NCBI GenBank assembly: GCA_040081695.1
Contig: JBEBGA010000001.1
Location: 1 to 35,898, forward strand
Reading direction: 5' to 3'
From: Pyrinomonadaceae bacterium
GTDB lineage: Bacteria > Acidobacteriota > Blastocatellia > Pyrinomonadales > Pyrinomonadaceae
Length of the DNA stretch: 35,898 bases
Shown here: piece by piece, positions 1 to 6,903 of the stretch
Layout of the letters: each line of letters begins with the position of its first letter
Position numbering within the stretch: position 1 is the first letter of the stretch
Translations under genes and position numbers: made by a program
The notes under the pieces: model-generated
Told to the model about the DNA's origin: nothing
Seen by the model: the letters and a program-made list of their open reading frames with translations, nothing else
The model's database searches: none

Positions 1-144
1 CGTGTGATCCGCGTCAATATGACGCGTTCGGCGTTATTCGCCCTCGGGGTTAACGTCCCGCTTGAGAACGGTTCAGAAACCGTTAAGGCCGATCTGCTCG
101 TTGGAGCAGATGGCGTGACACGCGCCGTGCGCGTTGTCAATTAA
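1..144 (+). CDS. 3' end of an upstream gene (partial, function unknown)
   Basis: Frame 1 is open from the window edge to TAA at 142-144 (...NGSETVKADLLVGADGVTRAVRVVN*). Only 47 codons are visible and no domain is recognisable. Confidence 0.3.
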   Translation, partial: RVIRVNMTRSALFALGVNVPLENGSETVKADLLVGADGVTRAVRVVN

Positions 145-174
145 ATTGTATATTTTGCATCATAGGAGTAGATC

Positions 175-1269
175 ATGAAGGTATTTTCAATTGTTTTATT
201 GACCGCCGTTTTTGGCGTGACGGCAATCGCCCAGCAAGACGCTGCTAAAGTTATTGCCGAGACCTGGACCTCGGGCGACAAGGTCGTAAAAGGCCAGCCA
301 TTTTCCGCCGAGGCGGTCAGCGAAAGCGTCCAGACACTGTCGGACGGCAACCGCATCGTCCATAATTCGACGACCAAACTTTACCGCAACAGCGAGGGGC
401 GTTTTCGCCGCGAGTTTGCTCACGGTACGGGCGGCATGTTGGGTACCGCATACAGTTTTGAACCGGGCGTGACAATTACGAATCAGATGGGCGGGCGATT
501 ACTGCTCGATTCGACGATGAGAACGGTGCGTCCGCTGACGGTCGTTGAACCGCGCAAGATCGAGATCCCGACGCTGACCGCAGAGCAAAAGGCGGCTCTT
601 GAAAAACTGCGTACGGAGCTAAAACTCACAGACACCTCAAAACTCACGGATGAGCAGCGTACGATTATCAAAAAACTCAAACAAGAATTAAATATCACCA
701 TCCCGCTGATCATCACGTCCGAGGGTTTTAAGCCCGCGCATAGCATCTCAACAACGGTTAACGGCTCTGTTGGCGGTACGGTCAGGGCGATCGCACCCGT
801 AGCGGGAGCACTGACGCTGGCAACGACGGTTGGCGGCCAGTCGAAATACGAAACAAAGACCGAGCAGCTTGGCAGTAAGAATATCGAGGGCGTCGAGGCC
901 GAAGGGACTCGCTCCGTCACGACCATTCCCGCCGGAGCGATCGGTAACGAACGTCCGATCGAGACCGTTTACGAAAAATGGTACTCAAAGGAATTGCAGC
1001 TCGTGGTGATGTCAAAGCGAACCGATCCGCGGTTTGGCGAGCAGACATATCGTCTGACCAACATTGTCCGCAGCGAACCGGATCCGTCGCTTTTTAGCGT
1101 ACCTGCGGGCTACAAACCTTATCCGGCCCAATCGGGATTTAAGACGTCCAGCTCTTATAGCGGTCCGCTAATCGCATATCCGGCAATTGTGACCAAAGCC
1201 GCAAAGGTCGAGGCCGAAAAGGCCGCCACCACCCCGAAAGCCGCCGCATCACCAAAACCTTTGCAATAG
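175..1269 (+). CDS. secreted hypothetical protein
   Basis: AGGAG at 164-168 lies 6 nt before ATG 175. N-terminal signal peptide MKVFSIVLLTAVFGVTAIAQQ. An intrinsic terminator follows. No catalytic motif recognised. Confidence 0.75.
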   Translation: MKVFSIVLLTAVFGVTAIAQQDAAKVIAETWTSGDKVVKGQPFSAEAVSESVQTLSDGNRIVHNSTTKLYRNSEGRFRREFAHGTGGMLGTAYSFEPGVTITNQMGGRLLLDSTMRTVRPLTVVEPRKIEIPTLTAEQKAALEKLRTELKLTDTSKLTDEQRTIIKKLKQELNITIPLIITSEGFKPAHSISTTVNGSVGGTVRAIAPVAGALTLATTVGGQSKYETKTEQLGSKNIEGVEAEGTRSVTTIPAGAIGNERPIETVYEKWYSKELQLVVMSKRTDPRFGEQTYRLTNIVRSEPDPSLFSVPAGYKPYPAQSGFKTSSSYSGPLIAYPAIVTKAAKVEAEKAATTPKAAASPKPLQ

Positions 1270-1298
1270 TTTTTTGCTAGTAACCCTCGAAACTTTTG

Positions 1299-1326
1299 GC
1301 GGGCATCTGATGCCCGCTTTTTTTTG
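1299..1326 (+). terminator. rho-independent terminator after the 175-1269 gene
   Basis: GC-rich hairpin GCGGGCAtctgaTGCCCGC (1299-1317) followed by a run of 8 T. Confidence 0.7.
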
Positions 1327-1372
1327 GTCCACCCTGGTCCATCTTGGTCCACCTAGTCCGGACCAGACCAAG
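1325..1372 (+). promoter_or_regulatory. 10-bp-phased TGGTCCA x3 array followed by inverted GACCA x2 (candidate operator or repeat upstream of the peroxiredoxin)
   Basis: TGGTCCA at 1325-1331, 1335-1341 and 1345-1351. GTCCGGAC palindrome at 1356-1363. GACCA at 1361-1365 and 1366-1370. CTTGGTC (1343-1349) is complementary to GACCAAG (1366-1372). Confidence 0.45.
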
Positions 1373-1450
1373 ATGACCGCAATTTCCTGCTTTGAGTGCG
1401 TTTACGTTAGAATTGCTTATACCTATCGAAATACAAGGAGATACTTTTTC

Positions 1451-2026
1451 ATGTCAACTGCAACAGGAACTGCAACCGAAAACGCCCCGGCGATCGCCAA
1501 GGTCGGCAAACCGGCACCGGATTTTAACATGGCCTCGACCAAGAATATCGAGACACTTGGCGAAAACGTCCAGCTATCGGATTACAAGGGCAAATGGCTC
1601 ATCATGCTCTTTTACCCGCTCGATTTTACCGGCGTTTGCTCAACGGATCTGACACATTTCTCGGCGAGATTTGACGAATTTAGCAGCATCAACACTGAGG
1701 TATTGGGCGTCTCGACCGACTCGGCCCACTCGCACCGAGCGTGGTTGCAGATGCCAAAAGAACAGAGAGGCATCGGCGAGATCAAATTCCCGATCGCATC
1801 CGACGCCGGCGGCAAGCTGTCGCGTCAGTACAACATCCTGATCGAGGAAGCGAATATTTCAATGCGTGGCCTATTTATCATCGATCCCGACGGCGTTTTG
1901 CAACATGCATCCGTCAACACACCGGCGATCGGCCGCTCGGTCGATGAAACGCTGCGTGTGCTGCAAGCCATCCAATCAGGCGGCTTTTGTGCGGCAGACT
2001 GGAAACCCGGCGATAAGAACCTATAA
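1451..2026 (+). CDS. 2-Cys peroxiredoxin (AhpC/TSA family)
   Basis: AAGGAG at 1435-1440 precedes ATG 1451. PLDFTGVCSTD carries the peroxidatic Cys and GGFCAADWKPGD the resolving Cys. The ORF-track start at 1274 would run through the upstream terminator. Confidence 0.9.
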   Translation: MSTATGTATENAPAIAKVGKPAPDFNMASTKNIETLGENVQLSDYKGKWLIMLFYPLDFTGVCSTDLTHFSARFDEFSSINTEVLGVSTDSAHSHRAWLQMPKEQRGIGEIKFPIASDAGGKLSRQYNILIEEANISMRGLFIIDPDGVLQHASVNTPAIGRSVDETLRVLQAIQSGGFCAADWKPGDKNL

Positions 2027-2050
2027 ACTTGGAGACCACTAATTACACAG

Positions 2051-2090
2051 AAACGCAGATAAGACATATCGACTTATCTGCGTTTTTTTG
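2051..2090. terminator. bidirectional intrinsic terminator between convergent genes
   Basis: AAACGCAGATAAG (2051-2063) and CTTATCTGCGTTT (2073-2085) form a 13-bp stem, with a T-run on the + strand and an A-rich 5' flank serving the - strand. Confidence 0.7.
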
Positions 2091-2113
2091 TGTTTATATG
2101 AGGCTCAAATTTC

Positions 2114-2599
2114 TTAGAAAGTAGCCCTTGTCACAGTCCACAACAGCCAACTGAACACGTACACACTCGCGAGTATCGAACCCAGCAGTGTCAGTATCAA
2201 CAGCCCTATCAACCCGAACACAAATACATAATCGCTCGTTGTGCCTTTGCCGTGGCCGGCGGCACGCGTGCGGATCAGGTTCATGTTCTGATTATTTGCT
2301 CGCCAGACAAAATCAAAAGCATCACCGACAAAAGGCACCATTCCGACAACATAATCGAGCCCGATATTGAACGCCATTCGCAACAAAGTGATCTTTGGCA
2401 CGCCGTAGCGGACGCCCGCTACAAGGATGTACATCGACGGCAAAAACGTTAGCGTATCGCCGACATTTGGTATCAGCCCGATCAGCGAATCCAGCCCAAA
2501 CCGCCATCCGACACCCGGCACCTTGAACAACCCGTCGAGATAAAACGACAGGTCGTCCAGATTTTTATCGATCTCTATCTGCTTTTGGATCTTATCCAT
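2114..2599 (-). CDS. DUF4112-like membrane protein
   Basis: GLDSLIGLIPNVGD and MVPFVGDAFDFVWRAN motifs plus hydrophobic segments, as I recall for DUF4112. The family call is from memory. Confidence 0.75.
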   Translation of the reverse strand: MDKIQKQIEIDKNLDDLSFYLDGLFKVPGVGWRFGLDSLIGLIPNVGDTLTFLPSMYILVAGVRYGVPKITLLRMAFNIGLDYVVGMVPFVGDAFDFVWRANNQNMNLIRTRAAGHGKGTTSDYVFVFGLIGLLILTLLGSILASVYVFSWLLWTVTRATF

Positions 2600-2610
2600 A
2601 AGAATTTAGC

Positions 2611-2686
2611 CACAGATGGACACTGATAAACACAGATAAAAAAGGCAAATATCTCTTCGATCTGTGTCCATCTGTGCTTATCTGTG
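2611..2686. repeat. inverted pair of 10-bp-phased heptamer triplets (CACAGAT / ATCTGTG)
   Basis: CACAGAT 2611-2617, CACTGAT 2621-2627, CACAGAT 2631-2637. ATCTGTG 2660-2666, 2670-2676, 2680-2686. The heptamer cores are complementary and the 3-nt spacers are not. Confidence 0.6.
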
Positions 2687-2696
2687 GACAATCCTC

Positions 2697-4931
2697 CTAT
2701 CTTCCGATGACCGTCACTTTCAATATCTTGTCACCTCGGACGATGTTATCCACGACCTTCATATCGGCTTCGCTGACATGGCCGAAAACGGTGTAGCCGC
2801 CATCGAGATGGGGCTGCGGCGAATGCGTGACAAACCACTGCGAGCCGCCCGTGTCTTTTCCGGACAGTGCCATGCCGACGGCTCCGCGATCGTATTCGCG
2901 CATATTGACCTCACAGCGGATCGACCAGCCCGGGCCGCCGTTGCCGTCCCCGCGAGGATCGCCGTCCTGCATCACAAAATTGGGCACGACACGATGGACC
3001 TCAAGCCCGTTAAAATAACCGCTGCGTGCAAGCTTTATCCAATTATCGACGGTCAGCGGAGCGTCCTCAGGATAGAAAACGATCGTAAAGGTGCCTTTTT
3101 CTGTTGTTAGCACAGCTTTGACCGACCCGTTCTTACGCGAAAGTGCCCGTCCGTAGTCGATGTCCGTATTGAGCACTTGTCCAAGCTTTGTCCCAAAAAC
3201 GGGTTTGTATGGCAGCACCTGGTCTTTGTGATTTTCTCGTTCGCTCTCGACTGTTGCCGTCATTCCAGGATAGGCAGACCCGATCTCTTTGTCGGCGAGT
3301 ATCTCAAAAGCTTTTTTCCTTACCAGATAATCCGGCGATACCAGAGCGATGCTGTACGAACCAACACCGGCTTTTTTATCGAGTTTTACAAGTGCGTCGA
3401 GGATCGCAAGCTGGGCGTCGTTCTCAAATCTGTCGGTAGCGGCCGCACGGGTAAACGCATCATTCAGGGCACTAACATTTTCTTTTGTCACAGGCTGGTC
3501 GGCGATCGCCCCGGCGGCGGCCGCGCGGATAAAAACGTCCGCATTCTTGAGCTGCCCACGCAGTATCTCGTCGAGATTACCTGGCTTTAACGTGGCCATC
3601 GACCCAGTTAGATCAGGCATTGCTTTCAGCATCTTGGCCTGATCGGCCGTGCTAACACCTTTCGCCATTCCTGCAATAAACTTTGTGAGAATTTCACCTG
3701 CCTGAGCATTCATCGCCTCGTTCTTTAGTGCCGCGATCTCGGCGAGTCCCTGCCCGTAGGCCGAAGCTGCGTGAAAATCCGAATACACTATTTCGAGCGG
3801 TGGTTTCGAAGCTAAATATGCCTTTGGCGCAATACGTGCAAACGCGATCTCGGTTTCCGACGACTGATATTTGTCAGCGATCCTTAGTTTTTTCAAAAAC
3901 TCGATCGCCGCTGCGTTCTCAGTATTCGCCAGCAGACGCCCGACGACAGTCGCTATCTCAAGCAGTTCACTTTTCGGAATCGGTATCTCGATCGGTTTCA
4001 AATTGCCGATCTTTTGCCCCGGCTTGATCGGCCCCGGATCGCCGTGCATCGAGATCAGCAGGTTATTGCCGCGTTCGATCAGCTTGTCAGCCGCCGTTGC
4101 ATCCTTTAGGCTCGCCAGCGAACGAATGCATGCGACGCGAACCCGCAGATCATCGCCGCTCACGGCGTAATCTAAAAGCAGCGGCAACGCCTCTTTGTCC
4201 TCAGCCGCTCCCAGCACGCGGGCCGCATTTGCTCGAACCACCGTATCAGGATCGCGTCGCAAAAGACCCCGGATCACATCGAGGCTTTGTTTCGAACGCA
4301 GCCGCGTCAGCGTGTTCAATGCATCGGCCCGAACACGAGCATCCGGGCTCCTCAGAAACTTTGCCGTGACCGTCTCGCCGTCGTCAGGCCGGGCACGCAA
4401 GATCGCGGTGATGCCGCTGAGCACCACTTCGCGGATCGGTGCTCCGGACGCGATCTCGTCATTCAAAACGCGAACGATCGCGGACTTGAGATCAGCGAGA
4501 TTCGGATCTTTTGCATTTGCGGCGATGATCTTGCCGGCGGCCTCGACCGCGCGTGACAATAGATCTTTATCTCGCTTTGCAAAACCGGACTCAGCTTTGA
4601 GCACGAACAGAATATGTTCGCCACCTTCGGCAGCTTCGATCTCGCCTAGAGCAAAAGCGGCTGCCGTCCATACCGACCCTGAGTTCTTACGATCCTCAAA
4701 CAAAGCCGCAAGCGCAGGGATGGCACGTTTGTCACCAATCCGCCCGACAGCCAAAGCAGCCCGCGTGCGGATCACCGCATTTGGCGATCTTAACAATCCC
4801 TCAACCACAGCGTCATAACGGCGTGCATCCTCGGCCTTTAGGATCTGGATCCCGGTGGCGACGGGCACCTGTGCGGTATACGTTAAGGAAAACAGAAGGG
4901 TCGCAACTATTACAGTAATAAATCTATTCAT
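2697..4931 (-). CDS. secreted HEAT-repeat protein fused to a C-terminal cyclophilin-type peptidyl-prolyl isomerase
   Basis: Starts at the internal ATG 4931 with signal peptide MNRFITVIVATLLFSLTYTAQ. Repeated HEAT-like units (IRTRAALAVGRIGDKRAIPAL, VRANAARVLGAAEDKEALPLL, VRVACIRSLASL). The C-terminus has FNGLEVHRVVPNFVMQDGDP and GGSQWFVTHSPQPHLDGGYTVFG. Confidence 0.85.
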   Translation of the reverse strand: MNRFITVIVATLLFSLTYTAQVPVATGIQILKAEDARRYDAVVEGLLRSPNAVIRTRAALAVGRIGDKRAIPALAALFEDRKNSGSVWTAAAFALGEIEAAEGGEHILFVLKAESGFAKRDKDLLSRAVEAAGKIIAANAKDPNLADLKSAIVRVLNDEIASGAPIREVVLSGITAILRARPDDGETVTAKFLRSPDARVRADALNTLTRLRSKQSLDVIRGLLRRDPDTVVRANAARVLGAAEDKEALPLLLDYAVSGDDLRVRVACIRSLASLKDATAADKLIERGNNLLISMHGDPGPIKPGQKIGNLKPIEIPIPKSELLEIATVVGRLLANTENAAAIEFLKKLRIADKYQSSETEIAFARIAPKAYLASKPPLEIVYSDFHAASAYGQGLAEIAALKNEAMNAQAGEILTKFIAGMAKGVSTADQAKMLKAMPDLTGSMATLKPGNLDEILRGQLKNADVFIRAAAAGAIADQPVTKENVSALNDAFTRAAATDRFENDAQLAILDALVKLDKKAGVGSYSIALVSPDYLVRKKAFEILADKEIGSAYPGMTATVESERENHKDQVLPYKPVFGTKLGQVLNTDIDYGRALSRKNGSVKAVLTTEKGTFTIVFYPEDAPLTVDNWIKLARSGYFNGLEVHRVVPNFVMQDGDPRGDGNGGPGWSIRCEVNMREYDRGAVGMALSGKDTGGSQWFVTHSPQPHLDGGYTVFGHVSEADMKVVDNIVRGDKILKVTVIGR

Positions 4932-4933
4932 GG

Positions 4934-5356
4934 TTATGATTCTATGATCTCGTAGCTCGTTGTGATCTCGGCGGTGGGACGGACGGTCGCGGCGACCGAG
5001 CAATATGTCTCGTCCGAGAGCTTGATAGCGTCAGCGACGGCTTTGTCGGAAACGCCGCGGCCGTGCACGATATGGTGGACGTGAAACTTGATGAATTTAC
5101 GCGGATGGTCGTCCGCCCGGACGCCCTCTATCTCGACATCATAGGCGGTCACATCCTGTCGTTTTTTGGCTAGGATAGACTGCACATCTACCGCCGTACA
5201 GGCCGCGACCGAGACGAGCAGCATCTCCATCGGCGTCGGAGCGGCGTGCCTATCTCCTTTAGAATCCATTACTTGGGCATGACCGCTAGGCGGGGTGCCG
5301 ATAAAAAAGTCGTCGCCAGCGTATTTTACCGTGGCTTTGTAAGTGTTGCCGGACAT
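4934..5356 (-). CDS. OsmC family protein (putative thiol peroxidase)
   Basis: Two conserved Cys contexts (LVSVAACTAVD and DETYCSVAAT) and OsmC-like length. The stop codon lies 2 nt before the HEAT-cyclophilin start. Confidence 0.88.
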   Translation of the reverse strand: MSGNTYKATVKYAGDDFFIGTPPSGHAQVMDSKGDRHAAPTPMEMLLVSVAACTAVDVQSILAKKRQDVTAYDVEIEGVRADDHPRKFIKFHVHHIVHGRGVSDKAVADAIKLSDETYCSVAATVRPTAEITTSYEIIES

Positions 5357-5459
5357 AATATTTTTTCCCCTATATTCGCGATTTTAACATAGTCTCAGGA
5401 CGGTTAATTGGATTCGAAACAACCATTGGCACGAAAAATGCTTCAAAATGCGCGTGTAA

Positions 5460-5473
5460 GGGCACGTGTGCCC
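5460..5473. promoter_or_regulatory. perfect 14-bp palindrome GGGCACGTGTGCCC in a divergent promoter region
   Basis: Read directly from the sequence. It lies between the divergent starts at 5356 (-) and 5495/5504 (+). Confidence 0.35.
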
Positions 5474-5503
5474 AAAACCTGACAACTTTTTAGGATGGCA
5501 ATT

Positions 5504-6799
5504 ATGAACAGATATCGAAATTCGTTTGCAGCGATCGCTTTTGTGACGGCAATTGTTTTTGGAACGGCAGGGCTCGTTTCGGCACAGCGTACTGTCGCTA
5601 TTTCAGGTACATACGACATCGACCGTGATGTAAGCGATCGGGTCGATGATGTCGTTGCCGATGTAAATGTCGCCGACAATCAGAAACAAGACCTGATCGA
5701 CAAGCTCGACGCACCTGATCAGATCGCCATCGATCTGCGCGGAAACCAAGTCACACTCGCGACAAGCAAGGCGTCGCCGGTGACATTCACAGCCGACGGA
5801 CGCGACAAGACCGAAACCGACGGCAATGGCCGTACGATCCGTCTGCGAGCGACTTTATCGGGTGACCGGCTGATCGTCTCATCGATCGGCGGCGATACGG
5901 ATTTCACCATCACATTTACCTCGACAGATAACGGTCAGGTGCTAAAAGTCTCACGCCGCATCACGACCGATTATTTAAGCCAGACCGTTTTTGCTGAGAG
6001 CACTTACAACAAGACGGACTCGGTCGCGAGGCTCGGCATTCCTGCAAATGGCGGCGGCAACGGAAATAGCGGCGGTAATTATCCGGACAATAACAACGGC
6101 AACAATACCGGTAATAGTGGTTCGACGACTTACGATCCGAACGGCGGATATTCTGATAACGATCAGAACGGCACCGTTTCCAACGGCGGTTCGAACAACA
6201 GTTCGAATGGCAACACAACCGGCGGCAATAACAATGACCGTCCATCTGCGGTCTATGTAAAACCCGGCAACTACACGGTAGCTGACGGGACGATGATAAC
6301 CGGTGTTCTCGATAACGAGATCAACACAAAAGTGTCGCAAAACAACGATCGGTTTCGCATGAAGGTGCAGTCACCCGACCAATATCGCGGTGCCGTCATC
6401 GAGGGTTATGTTTCGGGCATCAACCGCTCGGGCAAGGTGACAGGAGCTTCGTCGATCACTCTAAATTTTGAAAAGATAACTCTGAATAACGGCCAATCGT
6501 ACGATTTTGCCGGAACGCTTCGCGGCGTGACGGATGCGACGGGTAAGATCATCAATGTCGATAATGAGGGTACGATCAAAGGCGGCAGCCAGACGACCAC
6601 CACAGCCAAACGCGGCGGTATCGGAGCCGGTGCCGGTGCGATACTCGGTGCGATCTTAGGCGGCGGTAAAGGTGCTGCGATCGGTGCCATCATCGGTGCC
6701 GGAGCCGGTGCCGGTTCGGTCGCGATACAGGACCGTAAGGACGTACAGATCAATAAAGGCTCGACCTTATCGATCCAAGCGGCTGCACCTCGTACCTAG
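5504..6799 (+). CDS. secreted protein with an Asn/Gly-rich low-complexity linker and a C-terminal glycine-zipper segment
   Basis: AGGA at 5492-5495 lies 8 nt before ATG 5504; the ORF-track ATG 5495 is also possible. Signal peptide ...AFVTAIVFGTAGLVSAQ. The N/G-rich tract is encoded at about 6040-6240. C-terminal GGIGAGAGAILGAILGGGKGAAIGAIIGAGAGAG. Confidence 0.75.
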   Translation: MNRYRNSFAAIAFVTAIVFGTAGLVSAQRTVAISGTYDIDRDVSDRVDDVVADVNVADNQKQDLIDKLDAPDQIAIDLRGNQVTLATSKASPVTFTADGRDKTETDGNGRTIRLRATLSGDRLIVSSIGGDTDFTITFTSTDNGQVLKVSRRITTDYLSQTVFAESTYNKTDSVARLGIPANGGGNGNSGGNYPDNNNGNNTGNSGSTTYDPNGGYSDNDQNGTVSNGGSNNSSNGNTTGGNNNDRPSAVYVKPGNYTVADGTMITGVLDNEINTKVSQNNDRFRMKVQSPDQYRGAVIEGYVSGINRSGKVTGASSITLNFEKITLNNGQSYDFAGTLRGVTDATGKIINVDNEGTIKGGSQTTTTAKRGGIGAGAGAILGAILGGGKGAAIGAIIGAGAGAGSVAIQDRKDVQINKGSTLSIQAAAPRT

Positions 6800-6828
6800 A
6801 TATTGTTCAACTCTTAGAGACTCATATT

Positions 6829-6857
6829 GAGCGGTCATAACGGCCGCTCATTTTTTA
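6829..6857 (+). terminator. rho-independent terminator
   Basis: GAGCGGTC (6829-6836), loop ATAAC, GGCCGCTC (6842-6849), then A plus a T6 run. Confidence 0.65.
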
Positions 6858-6872
6858 TTCTTGCCGCTTTTT

Positions 6873-6903
6873 ATCTGCGTCTATCTGGGTTAATCTGCGG
6901 CTA
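6873..6903 (+). repeat. 10-bp-phased ATCTGYG x3 array plus GCTAA, abutting a start codon
   Basis: ATCTGCG 6873-6879, ATCTGGG 6883-6889, ATCTGCG 6893-6899, then GCTA and ATG at 6904. Confidence 0.6.

Noticed and set aside
88-144. A DLLVGADG motif in the partial ORF at the window start resembles the FAD-dependent monooxygenase fingerprint.
   Set aside because: In those enzymes the motif is mid-protein with about 200 residues following. Here the ORF stops 11 codons later, so the match is probably coincidental.
1274-1450. The ORF track shows an N-terminal extension of the peroxiredoxin ORF (250 aa).
   Set aside because: The extension crosses the upstream terminator and the TGGTCCA array. A strong AAGGAG plus ATG at 1451 gives a normal-length peroxiredoxin.
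2611-2686. The heptamer arrays (also 6873-6899 and 1325-1351) were considered as a possible miniature CRISPR array.
   Set aside because: The units are 7 nt with 3-nt spacers, far below CRISPR repeat and spacer sizes. No cas genes are in the window.
5961-6340. Several overlapping ORFs on both strands cover the Asn/Gly-rich segment.
   Set aside because: These are artefacts of low-complexity DNA lacking stop codons in several frames. The + strand gene with a signal peptide accounts for the region.
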